A stretch of DNA of 64,000 bases from Malacoraja senta (GCA_038087875.1 CM075991.1:3906001-3970000); one strand, 5' to 3'. Shown: positions 52,075 through 64,000, numbered from the stretch's first letter. Made by a program: numbers and translations. The notes: a model not told the origin generated them from the sequence alone.

Positions 52075-52929
52075 TTTGGCTAAAGAAATGACTTTGAGCT
52101 GTTGTCACTGTAGTGATGCAGGAAACACAGCAGTCAACTTGTGCACGGAAAATTTACATAAAACATGATAGCACAAGTATCCAGATATTGTGTGGTATAA
52201 GTGTAAAATAAGTGGTAAGCCATTTAGAACATAGATGAGGAAAAACGTTTTCACACAGAGAGTTGTGAGTGTGTGGAATTATCTGCCTCAGAGGCTGGTT
52301 CTCTGGATGCTTTCAGGAGAGAGTTAGATAGAGCTCTTATGGATAGCAGAGTTAAGGGATATGGAGAGAAGACAGAAACAGGGTACTGATTGTGGATGAT
52401 CAGCCGTGGTCATTTTAAATGGCGGTGCTGATTCGAGGGGCCGAATGGCCCACTCATGTCTATTGCCTATTGGTTGAGTGTTAAGTATTGACCATGGATT
52501 GGAAGGTAATAACTCCTTTGCTGCTCTGCAAAATCTTTAACACCCAATATTAATGCTTCATCCAAATGTCAGCATTTCCTGCATTGCAGCGCCTCCTTAT
52601 TACACTGCAACAATGAAGAGACACTTTCCATCAATGTTTACTTGCTGCGGTGAATGAAACAGCAGCGATGAAGTCCAATATTCAACATATGTTTTTTGCA
52701 CTTAGCTCCCAAACGTGGGAATGAGACAATACTGTGATCGAGTACATTTAGTTCCCTCATGTACAGCTTCTCCAAGAGACCTTCTCTCCAACAGGCCACT
52801 CACTCATCACTCCTCCAACTTTCAGAAGCACATTTGTTTTCATTTAATTCTGATGGCAGTAAACCTGGAAAGTCTTCTTTAGATTAACACTCAGTCTCAA
52901 AACTCATGGCAAATGCAAACAAAGTATTG

Positions 52930-53830
52930 TCAATAGTGCTCTATTCGACACATATGCAACTGCAGAGTGAAATTCTTTTTGCGTATATTACACATGCGGA
53001 CGTTGACATTATTGGCGCCATTATTCAAAGTCCAAAGTCCGGTCGGCCCGCACGCTCGATCTATTGGAACAATTTCCACGAACCAACGTCCCTCTCCTCT
53101 CCTTGCCCGGCCTTCTCTGTGCCCAGGAGGCTTCTACTGCAGCTTACCTAAAGGCGCTGGAGGCATTACCCCGGTTCACCCCACTATCAGTGGTTGCCCC
53201 TCACACCCGACTTCTACCTCCCGGTTACGCCGTTTGTCGAGCCTTTGGGTGGGTTCCCGATCCCGTCGACCGCCGTGCCTTTGGGCGAGGTCCCGCTGAC
53301 CGCGAGCTTTCGGGTGGGTTCCCGGTGCCACCGGAGACTGTGGCCTGCAAGCCAGGCTTACAATAGACAATGGGTGCAGGAGTAGGCCATTTGGCCCTTC
53401 GAGCCAGCACCGCCATTCAATGTGATCATGGCTGATCATCCCCAATTAGTACCCCGTTCCTGCCTTCTCCCCATATCCCCTGACTCCGCTATTTTTAAGA
53501 GCCCTATCTAGCTCTGTCTTGAAAGCATCCAGAGAATCTGCCTCCACCGCCCTCTGAGGCAGAGAATTCCACAGACTCACCACTCTCTGTGAGAAAAAGT
53601 GTTTCCTCATCTCCATTCTAAATGGCTTACTCCTTATTCTTAAACAGTGGCCCCTGGTTCTGGACTCCCCCAACATCAGGAACATGTTTCCTGCCTCTAA
53701 CGTGTCCAAGCCCTTAACAATATGTTTCATGTCCCCCGAGGTCCGTCAACGCCGGGCGAGTCGGGCCTGCTTGCCGGGAGCATCCCTGTTTGCCCACTGC
53801 TTGCCAGGAGTGACCCAGCCCGGTGTTGAA
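52930..53830 (-). mobile_element. GC-rich non-autonomous retroposon interrupted by a CR1 fragment
   Basis: CpG-rich body either side of CR1 53360-53730; the minus strand ends in AAAAGAATTTCACTCTGCAGTTGCATATGTGTCGAATAGAG, which resembles the Rex1-type tail. Confidence 0.5.
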
Positions 53831-54786
53831 TTCTGAAATAAATCCTAAATGCTGGAACCACTCAGCAGGTCAGGCAGCATCTGTGGGACAGACAAAGCGA
53901 ATAAACATTTCGGCACAGTGGAGCAGCTGGTGGAGTTGCTGCCTCACATTCTGACCCCAGGTGCTGGCTGTGTGGAGTTTACATGTTCTCCCTGTGACTA
54001 CGTAGGTTTCCTCCGGGTGCACGCAAACAAAAACCTTTCACTGTACCTCGGCACATGTGGCGAAAATAAACAAAACTAAACGAAAAACTACGATGGAGTG
54101 GAACCAAAACTTGGTTCAGCCAGCTATGGTTGGGAATTGAATTCCACTGGTTGGGCAATGGAAGGGGACATTCAAGGGAGAAGTATTTAAAAAACAGTTA
54201 GACAGGTACATGGACAGGACAAGTTTGGAGGGATATGGACCCTGTGCAGGCAGGTGGGACTGGTGTAGCCGGGACAAGTTGGGCCGAAGGGCCTGTTTCC
54301 ACCCTGTATCACTCTATGTATGACTCTACGTGGATAAGTGATTGAAGGAAGCATCACCATTGTGTAGGAAAAGGATGAGGCCGATGGTCTGCTCTTCAAT
54401 GGTTTAATGGTCCTTTCCAGTGTAGTACTGTCCTCCATTTTTAATGTATGCTCGCTTACTATCCTTTTTCACACAGAGAGTTGTGAGTCTGTGGAATTCT
54501 CTGTCTCAGAGGGCGGCGGAGGCCGGTTCTCTGGATACTTTCAAGAGAGAGCTAGATAGGGCTCTTGAAGATAGCGGAGTCAGGGGATATGGGGAGATGG
54601 CAGGAACGGGGTACTGATTGGGGATGATCAGCCATGATCACATTGAATGGCGGTGCTGGCTCAAAGGGCCGGATGGCCTACTCCTGCACCTATTGTCTAT
54701 TGTCTATAAGTTAAAGCAAGTTTTACAAGTTAAGAAATGAATGCCACATGCGGTCAAATAACAATCTATTTTTTTCCTGACTCTAG

Positions 54787-54998
54787 GAAGGGCAGCAGCA
54801 TGTGGAAGATATTCGCATTAGGGGGGTCTTTGGCCCATCTCGGAGGAAACTGCCTGTGACGGAGGGCTTCGTGGAGGTGAAACAGGAGGGGAAATGGAAG
54901 CAGATGTGTAGCTCAGACTGGACGGAGCTCAATACCAGGGTGACCTGTGGCATGTTCGGCTTCCCGGCGGAGAAACGCTACAACACCAGAGTTTACAG
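54787..54998 (+). CDS. LOXL2: LOXL2 exon 4 (SRCR2 N-half)
   Basis: Acceptor ctctAG; EGQQHVEDIRIRG..PVTEGFVEVK..WKQMC..CGMFGFPAEKRYNTRVY; donor AG|GTGACA; phases fit the neighbouring exons. Confidence 0.9.
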
Positions 54999-55260
54999 GT
55001 GACAATAAAATAAACTGAACTGAATAGAGGAGAGAGCTTGCACTCAATGGAGCTTTCAGGGTGATATGGATGAGCATATCACAGGAGAATAGGTGTCCAC
55101 CTCTTCCCGCCCCCCCCCCCCCTTCTCAGGTACCCTCCTGTGGTAATGTAAGGCAGCTTGCGTAACAGTAGGAATGAGAGACTTTATGTTTAGTTTAGTT
55201 TAGAGATAAATTGCAGAAACAGACCCTTCGGCCCATCGAGCCTGCCCCGAACAGTGATTC

Positions 55261-56015
55261 GGAAGTGGCGGTGCTGTTGCACGGCTGCGGCTCGCCTGCA
55301 GTCCGTCTGTTTTTACTTTTTTTGTTGGTTTTTTTTGTCTTGTTTTAGTCAAATTTTGGTTTATTGGGTTGAGTACGTGTGTACGTGTGGGGGGTGGGGG
55401 GGGAGGTGAAACATGACTTTTGTCTCTTCCTTCGGGGGAAATGGTGGAGCTGCCAGCCTCCAACTCCAACTGCGACCGACCGACCTCGAGGCTCCGGAGG
55501 CAGAGCCAGGACTTACCAGCGCGGAGCTGGCCGGCTTCGGGGCTGCGGTGGCGTTCCGGTGGTGGCGACCGAGGACGCTGGTGGCGACCTGAATCCGGGA
55601 GCTCGCAGGTCACAGGTTGGTGACCTGTTTTTCTGGGGCTCCCGCAACTACAGCTGCGTCCGCTGGACTGGAGGGTGACAGCTTCGGCCACCCCGGGCCG
55701 CGGAGTTTGAACCGGCCCGTCGCGGACGGAGCACGGATTCAGCCGCGGGACTGACTTACCATCACCCGGCGGGGCCACAACATCAGAAGCCTGGATCGCC
55801 TCAGCGCAGAGGGAGAACAAAGAGGGAAGAGACAGAGACTTTAAGACTTTTGCCTCCATCACAGTGAGGAGGTGCCTGGTGAACTCACTGTGGTGGATGT
55901 TAATTTGTGTTTATTGTGTGTTTTGTTATTTATTATATGTATGACTGCAGGCAACGAAATTTCGTTCAGACCGAAAGGTCTGAATGACAATAAAGGAATC
56001 AAAGTCAAAGTCAAA
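55261..56015 (+). mobile_element. GC-rich non-autonomous retroposon inserted in an HE1 SINE
   Basis: GATTC TSD (55256-55260 and 56016-56020); 3' hairpin TTCAGACC-GAAA-GGTCTGAA, then TGACAATAAA and an (AAAGTC)n tail. Confidence 0.7.
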
Positions 56016-57045
56016 GATTCCGCACATTATCACTATCCTACACGCAGTGGGGATAATTTACCTATACGTCTTTGTAGGGTGGGAGGAAACCGATGATCTC
56101 GGAGCAAACCCACGCAGTCATTGGGAGAACGTGCAAACTCCGTACAAACAGCAGCTGTAGGAGGGATCGAACCTGGGTCTCTGGGGCTGTAAGGCAGCTA
56201 TTCTACTGCTGTGCCACAGTGCCAGCCCACAATCGGTTGTTGCATCAGCGGTCCACCTTGACAAGTTGGGTGTTGTCCTGTGAAGGTCATGGTCAGTGCT
56301 GTGCAAACCTATGTCTTTCTTTCTAATACCAAGCTCGCAGCCCACGGCCAATAAAGGCTTGGAATGATGGAGTTTTGTTGGATTTGAAAGGAGTTGGTGG
56401 GATAAGATGACAAAAACTGTTTCAATTGTTCACATTGTTGGAGGTGGGTGACAAGATCACACAACCTAAGTATAGCCATTAAGGACATACTTCCACGAAT
56501 AGAGTGGTGGTGGAACTCCTTCCACAAGGAGTAGTAGCCCTTGTTCTATGAGTTGAAATCTGAATCTCTTGTATATTTGCTGTCCTAGGGTGTAAGAGGA
56601 ATTGGAGCCAATGAAGGCAGAAAGGGTCCGGGTGGGACAGGATGAGGGCTGTTTGACCTCCTCCTGTGCCTGAAGAGGGGTATATTGGCCCTTAATGAGT
56701 AGTGGTGCAGCTGGTCGGGCAGCGCCAGAGATTCAGTTACGATCCTGACCTTGGGTGCTGTCTGTGTGGAGTTTGCACGTTCTCCCTGTTACCACGCGGG
56801 TTTCCTCCAGAATCTCTGGTTTCCTCCTACATCCTGAAGACCTACAAGTTTGTAGGTTGATTGAACTCTGTAAAATGGCCCCAAATGTGTAGGGAATGGT
56901 TGGGAAAGAGGTATAACATGGAACTCGTGTGAACGGGTGATCGATGGACGGCATGGACTCAGCGGGCCGAAGCGTCTGTTTCCTGCTGTATCTCTAGAAT
57001 AGAATTGCTGGAGGTGACTGGTATTTCATTGCTCCCTTTGTGCAG

Positions 57046-57259
57046 GGCATTTGCAAGCAAGAAGAAGCACATCTACTGGCTCTACTCCATCAACTGCACA
57101 GGCAACGAAGTCCACCTCTCCAACTGCGGCTTGGGTTTGTCGGGGGTGGGCAGCAACAATACGTGCAGGAGCCAGATGCCCGTGGTGGTGAGCTGTGTCA
57201 CGGGCCGCCCCTTCGCCACCATCACCCCCTCCCGAGTCCGCAAGGCCTTCCCTCTCAAG
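57046..57259 (+). CDS. LOXL2: LOXL2 exon 5 (SRCR2 C-half and linker)
   Basis: Acceptor tgtgcAG; AFASKKKHIYWLYSINCTGNEVHLSNC..PVVVSCVTG..PSRVRKAFPLK; donor AAG|GTGATG. Confidence 0.9.
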
Positions 57260-57926
57260 GTGATGTGATTTACGCAGATGCCCGGTTTGGGAGGGTGGTG
57301 GTCATTGCGTCCGAGGTGGCTGGATGGAATTGAACGTTTTGCGTTGCTGAATGGTCTCACCCAGGCCGTAATATGTGGTAGCCCAGGGAGTCACTGCCCT
57401 GGTACAGGACTCGAGGAAGACAGAAAGTCACGGAGGGCACCGAGCTCATCCAGAGGCAGCACTGGTGGCACAGCAGTAGAGTAGCTGCGTTACAGCGCCA
57501 GAGATCCGGGTTCGATCCTGACTACGGGTGCTTGTCTGTGGGGCGAAGGGCCTGTTTCCATGCTGTATCTCTAAACTAAACTAAACAGAGGTTCAGCTGG
57601 GTCAAGTGGAGGAGGATTAATGCCTGCTGTAGGTAGGAGGCTCAATGGGTTCGGACACAGCACATACAATGGGGCCCACTGACCATGCATGGTGATTCAC
57701 TTGACCCGACCGTGTGCTGGTGGCTCTGAACTAGTGCCGTTGATCCCTCTCGCGTGGCTCTGTGGGTGTTTGTGTGAGTTTTACAGTGCCTGGTTTTCAG
57801 CTGATGGTGTGGCTGTGGGTTTGTGTATCTGCGTATGTGGGTAATGCATGTGCCCGCGTATGTGCACGTGTACAGGTAGCATGTCTACGTGCTTGTGCAT
57901 GTGTGGACATCTGTGAGAGTGCATGC

Positions 57927-57957
<31 letters not shown>

Positions 57958-58139
57958 CACGTACATAGGTGGGTGGAGCTGCATGTGTCTTTGTGTTTGT
58001 GGATGTCTTTGGGCATCAAGTGTCAAGAGTGATTTATTCTCATACATCCTGAAATGGAACAATGAAAGTCTTACTTGCAGCTGCACAACAGATATGTAAA
58101 CATAGTATTCTGTAAAACCCATAATAAACAAGAAAAGTA

Positions 58140-58331
<192 letters not shown>

Positions 58332-58386
58332 TACAAGCTTACAAATAACAATAGCGCTAAGTCAAAAAGAATGTCCCCAAGCTATA

Positions 58387-58634
58387 CTGCCCTAATTTGA
58401 CAAAACGAAGCAACTGACAATTTTGTCAAAATTGAGTTATTGTTTGTTTTAGGGTATTTGAGATTTGCTCTACACAACGGTGAACAAAATAAGTTTTCTC
58501 TGAGTACAATTTGAAAATATTTATACCGGAGAAGTAAGAAATTCCATTACAGAGAGCTGAAAGAAAAACACGTTTTCCTCATTTACAAGAAAACTCCTTT
58601 CTGCCAGTTGCTTCCTTTTGTCAAAGTAGGGCAG
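58387..58634. mobile_element. TA-flanked Tc1/mariner-type MITE
   Basis: TIR of about 33 bp, CTGCCCTAATTTGACAAAACGAAGCAACTGACA, against its reverse complement with 3 mismatches; TA on both sides; sits inside a Rex1-like remnant. Confidence 0.75.
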
Positions 58635-59866
58635 TACGGATCAGAGCCTGTTTGGTGTTGTCGTGGTTAATAGTCTGATGGTTGTCGGGAAGAAGATGCT
58701 CCTGCATGTTACAGTTTTCAGGCACCTCTCCCTTCGCCCCGATGGCAAGAGTGAAATGTGAACTTGTCCAGAGCAGTGTGGCGTCTGTGGGTGCGTGTGT
58801 GTACACACATGTATGGGTTGTGCATGCACGCATCTGTGTAGGTGTATGTGAGACAGGCTATGGTTGTCTGAGTGCCAGTGGGTGCCTGCGTACATAGAAA
58901 TAGAAACTCGGCTTGCCCTGTTAGTCTGTCTCGTCCGAAACCCAGGTGATAATTTTTAAAGTGCATTCGCAGTTTGATTAAATACTGCTGCTGACATATA
59001 CACGGCAAAATCCCACTAACAACAAAAGAGTAATTCATCAGATTATCTTCTGAAGGAGAAGGGCTGGTGGGGAATGGGAAGAAACTAATGCTGTATCAGG
59101 ATTTGTGATTGTATTGAAGGATCTGAACCCAAGACCTTTGATTCAGTTGAAGTTATCACCCTTCAAAAGTATTCAAGAGGGAGTTAGATATAGCTCTTAG
59201 GGTTAACGGAATCAAGGGATGTGGGGGAAAAGAAGGAACGGTGTACTGATTCTGGTTGATCGGCCATGATCATATTGAATGGCGGTGCTGGCTCGAAGGG
59301 CCGAATGGCCTACTCCTGCACCTATTTTTTATGTTTCTATGTTTCAGGAGTCAAATAGACAGCAAGCCCTTGCAACCCAGGTTCACACCAGTAAGGAGAG
59401 GGGTCTCCAGAGACTGAGATTAGATTCATGACCAGTGTGCTGTCGTTGCTAAGGCATGTTGGGAACCTGTGGCTTGGAATTGAAAGGCTCTTGAATGGCG
59501 AAAAAGTGTTTTTGAACAGTGTATAAATGTAAGCTTGAAATACAGGGCATCACAGTGCATTCCATATATTATATGTAATGCACATCAGTAAATAGAAGCC
59601 AGATGGATGTTCTGGCTGCAAATCTGAAGCACGTATCAGTCAGTTCTGGCAGAGATGTTCTTCTTGATTGACCAAACAACTGTCCAATCTTAAATATTTG
59701 ATTTAAAGGGTTAGTACATATGTCCATTGGTTATAGGAGCAGAATTAAGCCATTCGGCCCATCAGGTCTACTCCACCACATTCAATCATGGTTGATTTAC
59801 CTCTCCCTCCTAATCCCACTCTACTGCTTTCTCCGCATAACCTCTCCCTAATCCTTGGCACTCTTA

Positions 59867-60224
59867 AGCCCCTGTCCCACTGTACGAGGTAATTCACGAG
59901 TTCTCCCAAGTCTTCCCTTGATTCGAACTCGGAGAATGTCCGTAACGGGTCCGTAGGAGTTCGTGGATGTCTCGTGGAGGCTCGTACGAGTAAAAAGTAA
60001 CAATTTTTTTCATCACGAGTATTTTTTTAACTCTTGAACATTTTTTACATGGATGAAAAAACGTCACGAGTTTACCGGATGTTCCGAGTACCTACCGTTA
60101 GCATTACGAGCCGCTACGAGACATCCACAAACTCCTACGGACCAGCTACGGACATTCTCCGAGTTCGAATCACGGGAAAACTCGGGAGAACTCGTGAATT
60201 AACTCATACAGTGGGACAGGGGCT
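59867..60224. mobile_element. PIF/Harbinger-type MITE inserted in a CR1 3' fragment
   Basis: TIR AGCCCCTGTCCCACTGTA; TTA TSD (59864-59866 and 60225-60227); the CR1 sequence resumes afterwards. Confidence 0.85.
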
Positions 60225-61011
60225 TTACTAATCAAGAATCTGTCAATCTGTGCTTTAAAAATACCCAATGACTTGGCCCCCATAGCTGTTTGTGGTAATG
60301 AATTTCACAGATTCACCACCCTCTGACTAAAGACATTTCTCCTCATCTCCTGTCTAAAGGTACGTCCTTTTATCCCAAGTCTATGCCCTCTGGTCCTTGA
60401 CTCTCCCACTTGTGGAAACATCCCCTCCACATCCACTCTATCCAGGCCTTTCACTATTTGGTTGTTCTATAGTGTATGAAACTGGAGGTCTCAAAGCTCT
60501 GCTGAAGGATGAGAGGGATGGGTTCAGGATCCCCAGGATAAAGGACCACTAGCTCCAGGGTTTGACCCCTGCTCGATACCTTGCCACTGCAGCCCTGGTC
60601 CCATGTTGTCGTTGTTGCTCACTCCTCCTTTAACTCCTCCCTCCTCCTTTAACTCTTCCCTCCATTCCACTGTCTCCTCCTCACACCTCTCTCCCAATCA
60701 CCAACTTTTAGACGTTATTCGATTTTATTCATGTATTGTCTTTCCGCTGTCAGCGGTTCCGCAGCACGCAACAAAAACTTTTCATTGTACCTCGGTACAC
60801 GTGACAATAAACTAAACCCAAACTACTTTTCCTCCGGCATTTCGTTTTTCCACGCGATTCCAGCATCTAAAGTCTCCTGTGCCTCCATTTTAGATCAAGC
60901 TTACAATCACCTGGGTTAACGTAACCTGGCGTCAAACATTGAGTGACATCACTTCTGCAAAGTGCCTTGGAGTGTTTGTACCAGCTTGTTTTGGCCGTGC
61001 TGTTTTTTGTA

Positions 61012-61240
61012 ATTTATTTATTTATTTTTTATTATACAAATACTTTTATTCAAAAAAATTAAAATAAATATACAAATTAGCACAATCAAAGACTGCCTAT
61101 GTTGACAGTTTTACAAACAAACGATCATCAAATTAATACCACGGCAACTTTATCAACAAAACACTCAACATCCAGCGTTCACTGAAGGCCTCCAAAGTCC
61201 CCGTAGACACCGCGTGTTCCCTCTCCAGGGACACGCTTCA
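61012..61240 (-). mobile_element. L1/Tx1-like 3' end
   Basis: Minus strand reads VSLEREHAVSTGTLEAFSERW, then AATAAA and an A-rich (AAAT)n tail. Confidence 0.5.
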
Positions 61241-62985
61241 TCCCATTTTGGATTCTGGATCCACAGCCACCTGCCCCCAGTCCTGTGGCCATGGAATCCA
61301 TTGCAGAGATGCAACTTCTTTATGTTCATGCAGTGGACTGGGAACCATGTGTTAAATTGAATCACCATGAAGAAAGCAATGTGTGTTGGCTGAAGGTACT
61401 GTGGGAGTCTGGCCTGGTGCCTGTAGCCTTGTCCTCCAAGTACTCTGCATTGGACTTGGAGCATGTGCCTCCATTCTCTCTCGCCTCCCAGAGGAGTCCT
61501 GTATATTATTAATTTGAAGTCTTCTGGCATCCTTTCTCCCGGCCTCCGTGCAGCTGGGGAATGTTCAACCTTCTGTTAAATCCTGGGGCCACTGGATGCA
61601 AAGCTTGGCAGCGGATGTGGTAGCAGATGAATTAATCCTCCTTGGGTCCGTGTGTAGCTCTCTCCTCTCAATCTATGAGCTCGGGCGCCACTTACAAAAC
61701 CGCAGCACATCACCCAGTGTGAGGGTCAGCACTGTTAGAAGTGCAGTCTTTAAAACTTGTTTTCTCATTATGACAATGACCTAAAACATTGGTACTATTT
61801 CCCCCCACAGATACTGCCTGACTTGCTGAGTATTTCAAGCAATTGATGCGTAATATACATTAACAGTATTTCTTGTGTGGCTCTACAATTTTGATGGACA
61901 GGGAGCTTATTTAGTTTAGTTTAGTTTAGTTGTGTTGAGTGATACAATGTTGAAACAGACCCTTCGGTCCACCGAATCCGCACAAACCAGCGATCCCCGC
62001 ACACCAACACTATCCTACACACACTAGGGACAATTTACAATTTTACCAGGCCAATTAACCTAAAACCTGTGTAGGAAGGAACTGCAGATGCTGGTTTATA
62101 CCGAAGATAGACACAAAATGCGGGAGTAACTCAGTGGGACAAGCGGCATCTCTGGAGAGAAGGAATGGGCGACTTTTCGGGTGAGTTTGAAGAAGATTTT
62201 CAGCCCAAAACGTAACCCATTCTTTCTCCAGAGATGCTGCCTGTCCCACTGAGTTATTCCAGCATTCTGTGTACATTTAACATACTGTGTAACCTACACA
62301 TCTTTGGATTGTTGGAGGGAACCTGAGATCTCAGAGGAAAACCATGCAGGTCATGGGGAGAACGTACAAACTCTGTACAGACAAGCGCCCGTAGTCAGGA
62401 TCGAACCCGGGTCTCTGGCGCTGTAATGCAGCAACTCTACCGCTGCGCCGACCTTGTGGCAACCCAAGCTTGGATTCCTTTTGACAAGTTATTTATTTAT
62501 GCAGTAACAGGATGTAACTTTCATTGCCAGCATTTAGCCTTCATCCCTCATTACCCTTGAACCAGTTGAGGCAAATGTCACCACCTTGTGTCACAACCCC
62601 ACTCTGGATCTGAATGGCAGCCCTACTCATATGGCCTACATAGTGGGACAAATTGGAAACTTCAGCCCAACCTCTCTCTGTAGCTAATACCTCCTAAACC
62701 AGGCATCATTCTGGTAAATAGCTTGTGCTTTGCCACGATCATTGCAATCTCCTCCAACATCCTCCACTCTTCCTCCCATCCCAATGAGTTAAGGGGTAGG
62801 GAGTCTCACTGGCCAACAATACAATGGTGGTACTCATCAAGCTATCAACAGGTGCTATGGGCAATGCTGTAGTTCCAGGTGTATTCTGCTGGAGCATGGG
62901 ATCGCATGGATTGGGGAAGTGCGGGATTCCCACTGTTCTCTCTCACGGGATTGCGTTGCCCAACAGATTTTGTTTGCACCCGCAG

Positions 62986-63169
62986 GAACCGCAGGTTCGA
63001 CTCAGAGGAGGTCCCAAGATCGGAGAAGGCAGAGTGGAGGTGTTGAAGAACGGGCAGTGGGGAACCATCTGCGACGGTTATTGGGGTCTCGTGTCAGCCA
63101 GTGTGGTCTGTCGGCAGCTGGGATTCGGCACAGCCAAGGATGCCTTGGCCGGGGCTCAAATGGGCAAAG
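62986..63169 (+). CDS. LOXL2: LOXL2 exon 6 (SRCR3 N-half); gene continues beyond the window
   Basis: Acceptor ccgc[53 protein letters not shown]; donor G|GTGAGG. Confidence 0.92.
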
Positions 63170-63177
63170 GTGAGGCC

Positions 63178-63958
63178 TTCCCCTCCCTTCATCTCCATCT
63201 GCCCCCAGCCTAACACCAGCCATTCCCCAATAACCCTGTCCTCTCCTTCCATCTCCATCTGCCTCTACCACAACCCCAGCCATTCCCCAATGGCCGCATC
63301 TCGTCCCACCTTCCCCATCTGCCTCCACCCTAACACCAGCCATTACCCAATGGCCATGTCCTTTCCACCATTCCCCCTTCCTCCATCAAATTACCAGCCA
63401 TTCCCCAACGACCCCAACCCATCCCACCATCTTCATCTGCCCTGACCCTAACACCAGCCATTCCCCAATGATCCCATCCTCTCCACCATTCCCTCTGCCT
63501 CCAGCCAACTCCCTGCCATTCTCCAATAAACCTGTCTTCTCCCTCCATCCCCCTCTGCCCCTACCCTAACACCAGCCAATAACCCCGTCCCCTCCCTCCA
63601 TCCCTATCTGCCCCCAGCCGACCCCTGCGCCATTCCCCAATGACCCTCTCCTTCATCCTCTCTGCCCCAACTCCAATCATTCCCCAATGACCTCATCCTC
63701 TCCCTCCATCCCCATCTTTCCATATTCCCCTACCCCAACACCAGCCTTTCCCAATAAAACCCATCCTCCCAACACATTCCCTCTCCCACTACCCAACCAG
63801 CTGCTGTTGCCCAAGAACCCCCACCTCTCCCTCCATCTCCGCCTGCCCCTACCATAACACCAGCCAATAACCCAGTCGTCCCCAATCCCTCTTCCCCCTT
63901 CTCACCACCAGCCATTCCCCCACAACCCCATCCACTACGCCTACCACTCCCACAGCCC
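63178..63958. repeat. Degenerate C-rich minisatellite, about 55-60-bp unit
   Basis: ACCAGCCATTCCCCAAT-like core recurs at about 63214, 63274, 63334, 63393, 63453 and onward. Confidence 0.85.
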
Positions 63959-64000
63959 AAGATTTATAGGGTCATGTATGGAATAATGTATGGAAGCATT

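Noticed and set aside
55200..55862. 220-aa ORF on the minus strand
   Set aside because: No domain, lies within a GC-rich repeat and runs into a SINE; low stop-codon density explains it.

Overview
Eukaryotic, repeat-rich DNA, most likely from a cartilaginous fish (skate/ray); this is inferred from HE1-type V-SINEs and elasmobranch-like CR1 and Penelope families. The window holds the last coding exon and 3' UTR of ENTPD4 (+, 452-680). It then holds the 5' half of LOXL2 (+): a probable non-coding exon 1 ending at 15206 and five coding exons (20922-21301, 26098-26272, 54787-54998, 57046-57259, 62986-63169). These encode the signal peptide, SRCR1, SRCR2 and the start of SRCR3, and the gene continues past the window. 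Exon 3 lacks one G in a homopolymer and is frameshifted as given. Most of the rest is mobile DNA: a full-length TSD-flanked CR1 LINE, an internally deleted CR1 derivative with an amplified Cys-rich repeat, and many CR1 3' fragments. There are also HE1-type SINEs, dozens of Penelope-like ends with hammerhead-ribozyme motifs, Harbinger/hAT/Tc1-type MITEs, Rex1/Babar and L2 tails, and two GC-rich non-autonomous retroposons. I found no convincingly new protein-coding system. The best leads are the hammerhead-bearing Penelope hairpins (one carrying captured host DNA), the bipartite CR1 derivative, and a retroposon tail forming a LOXL2 splice donor. All family assignments come from motif recognition, without database searches.
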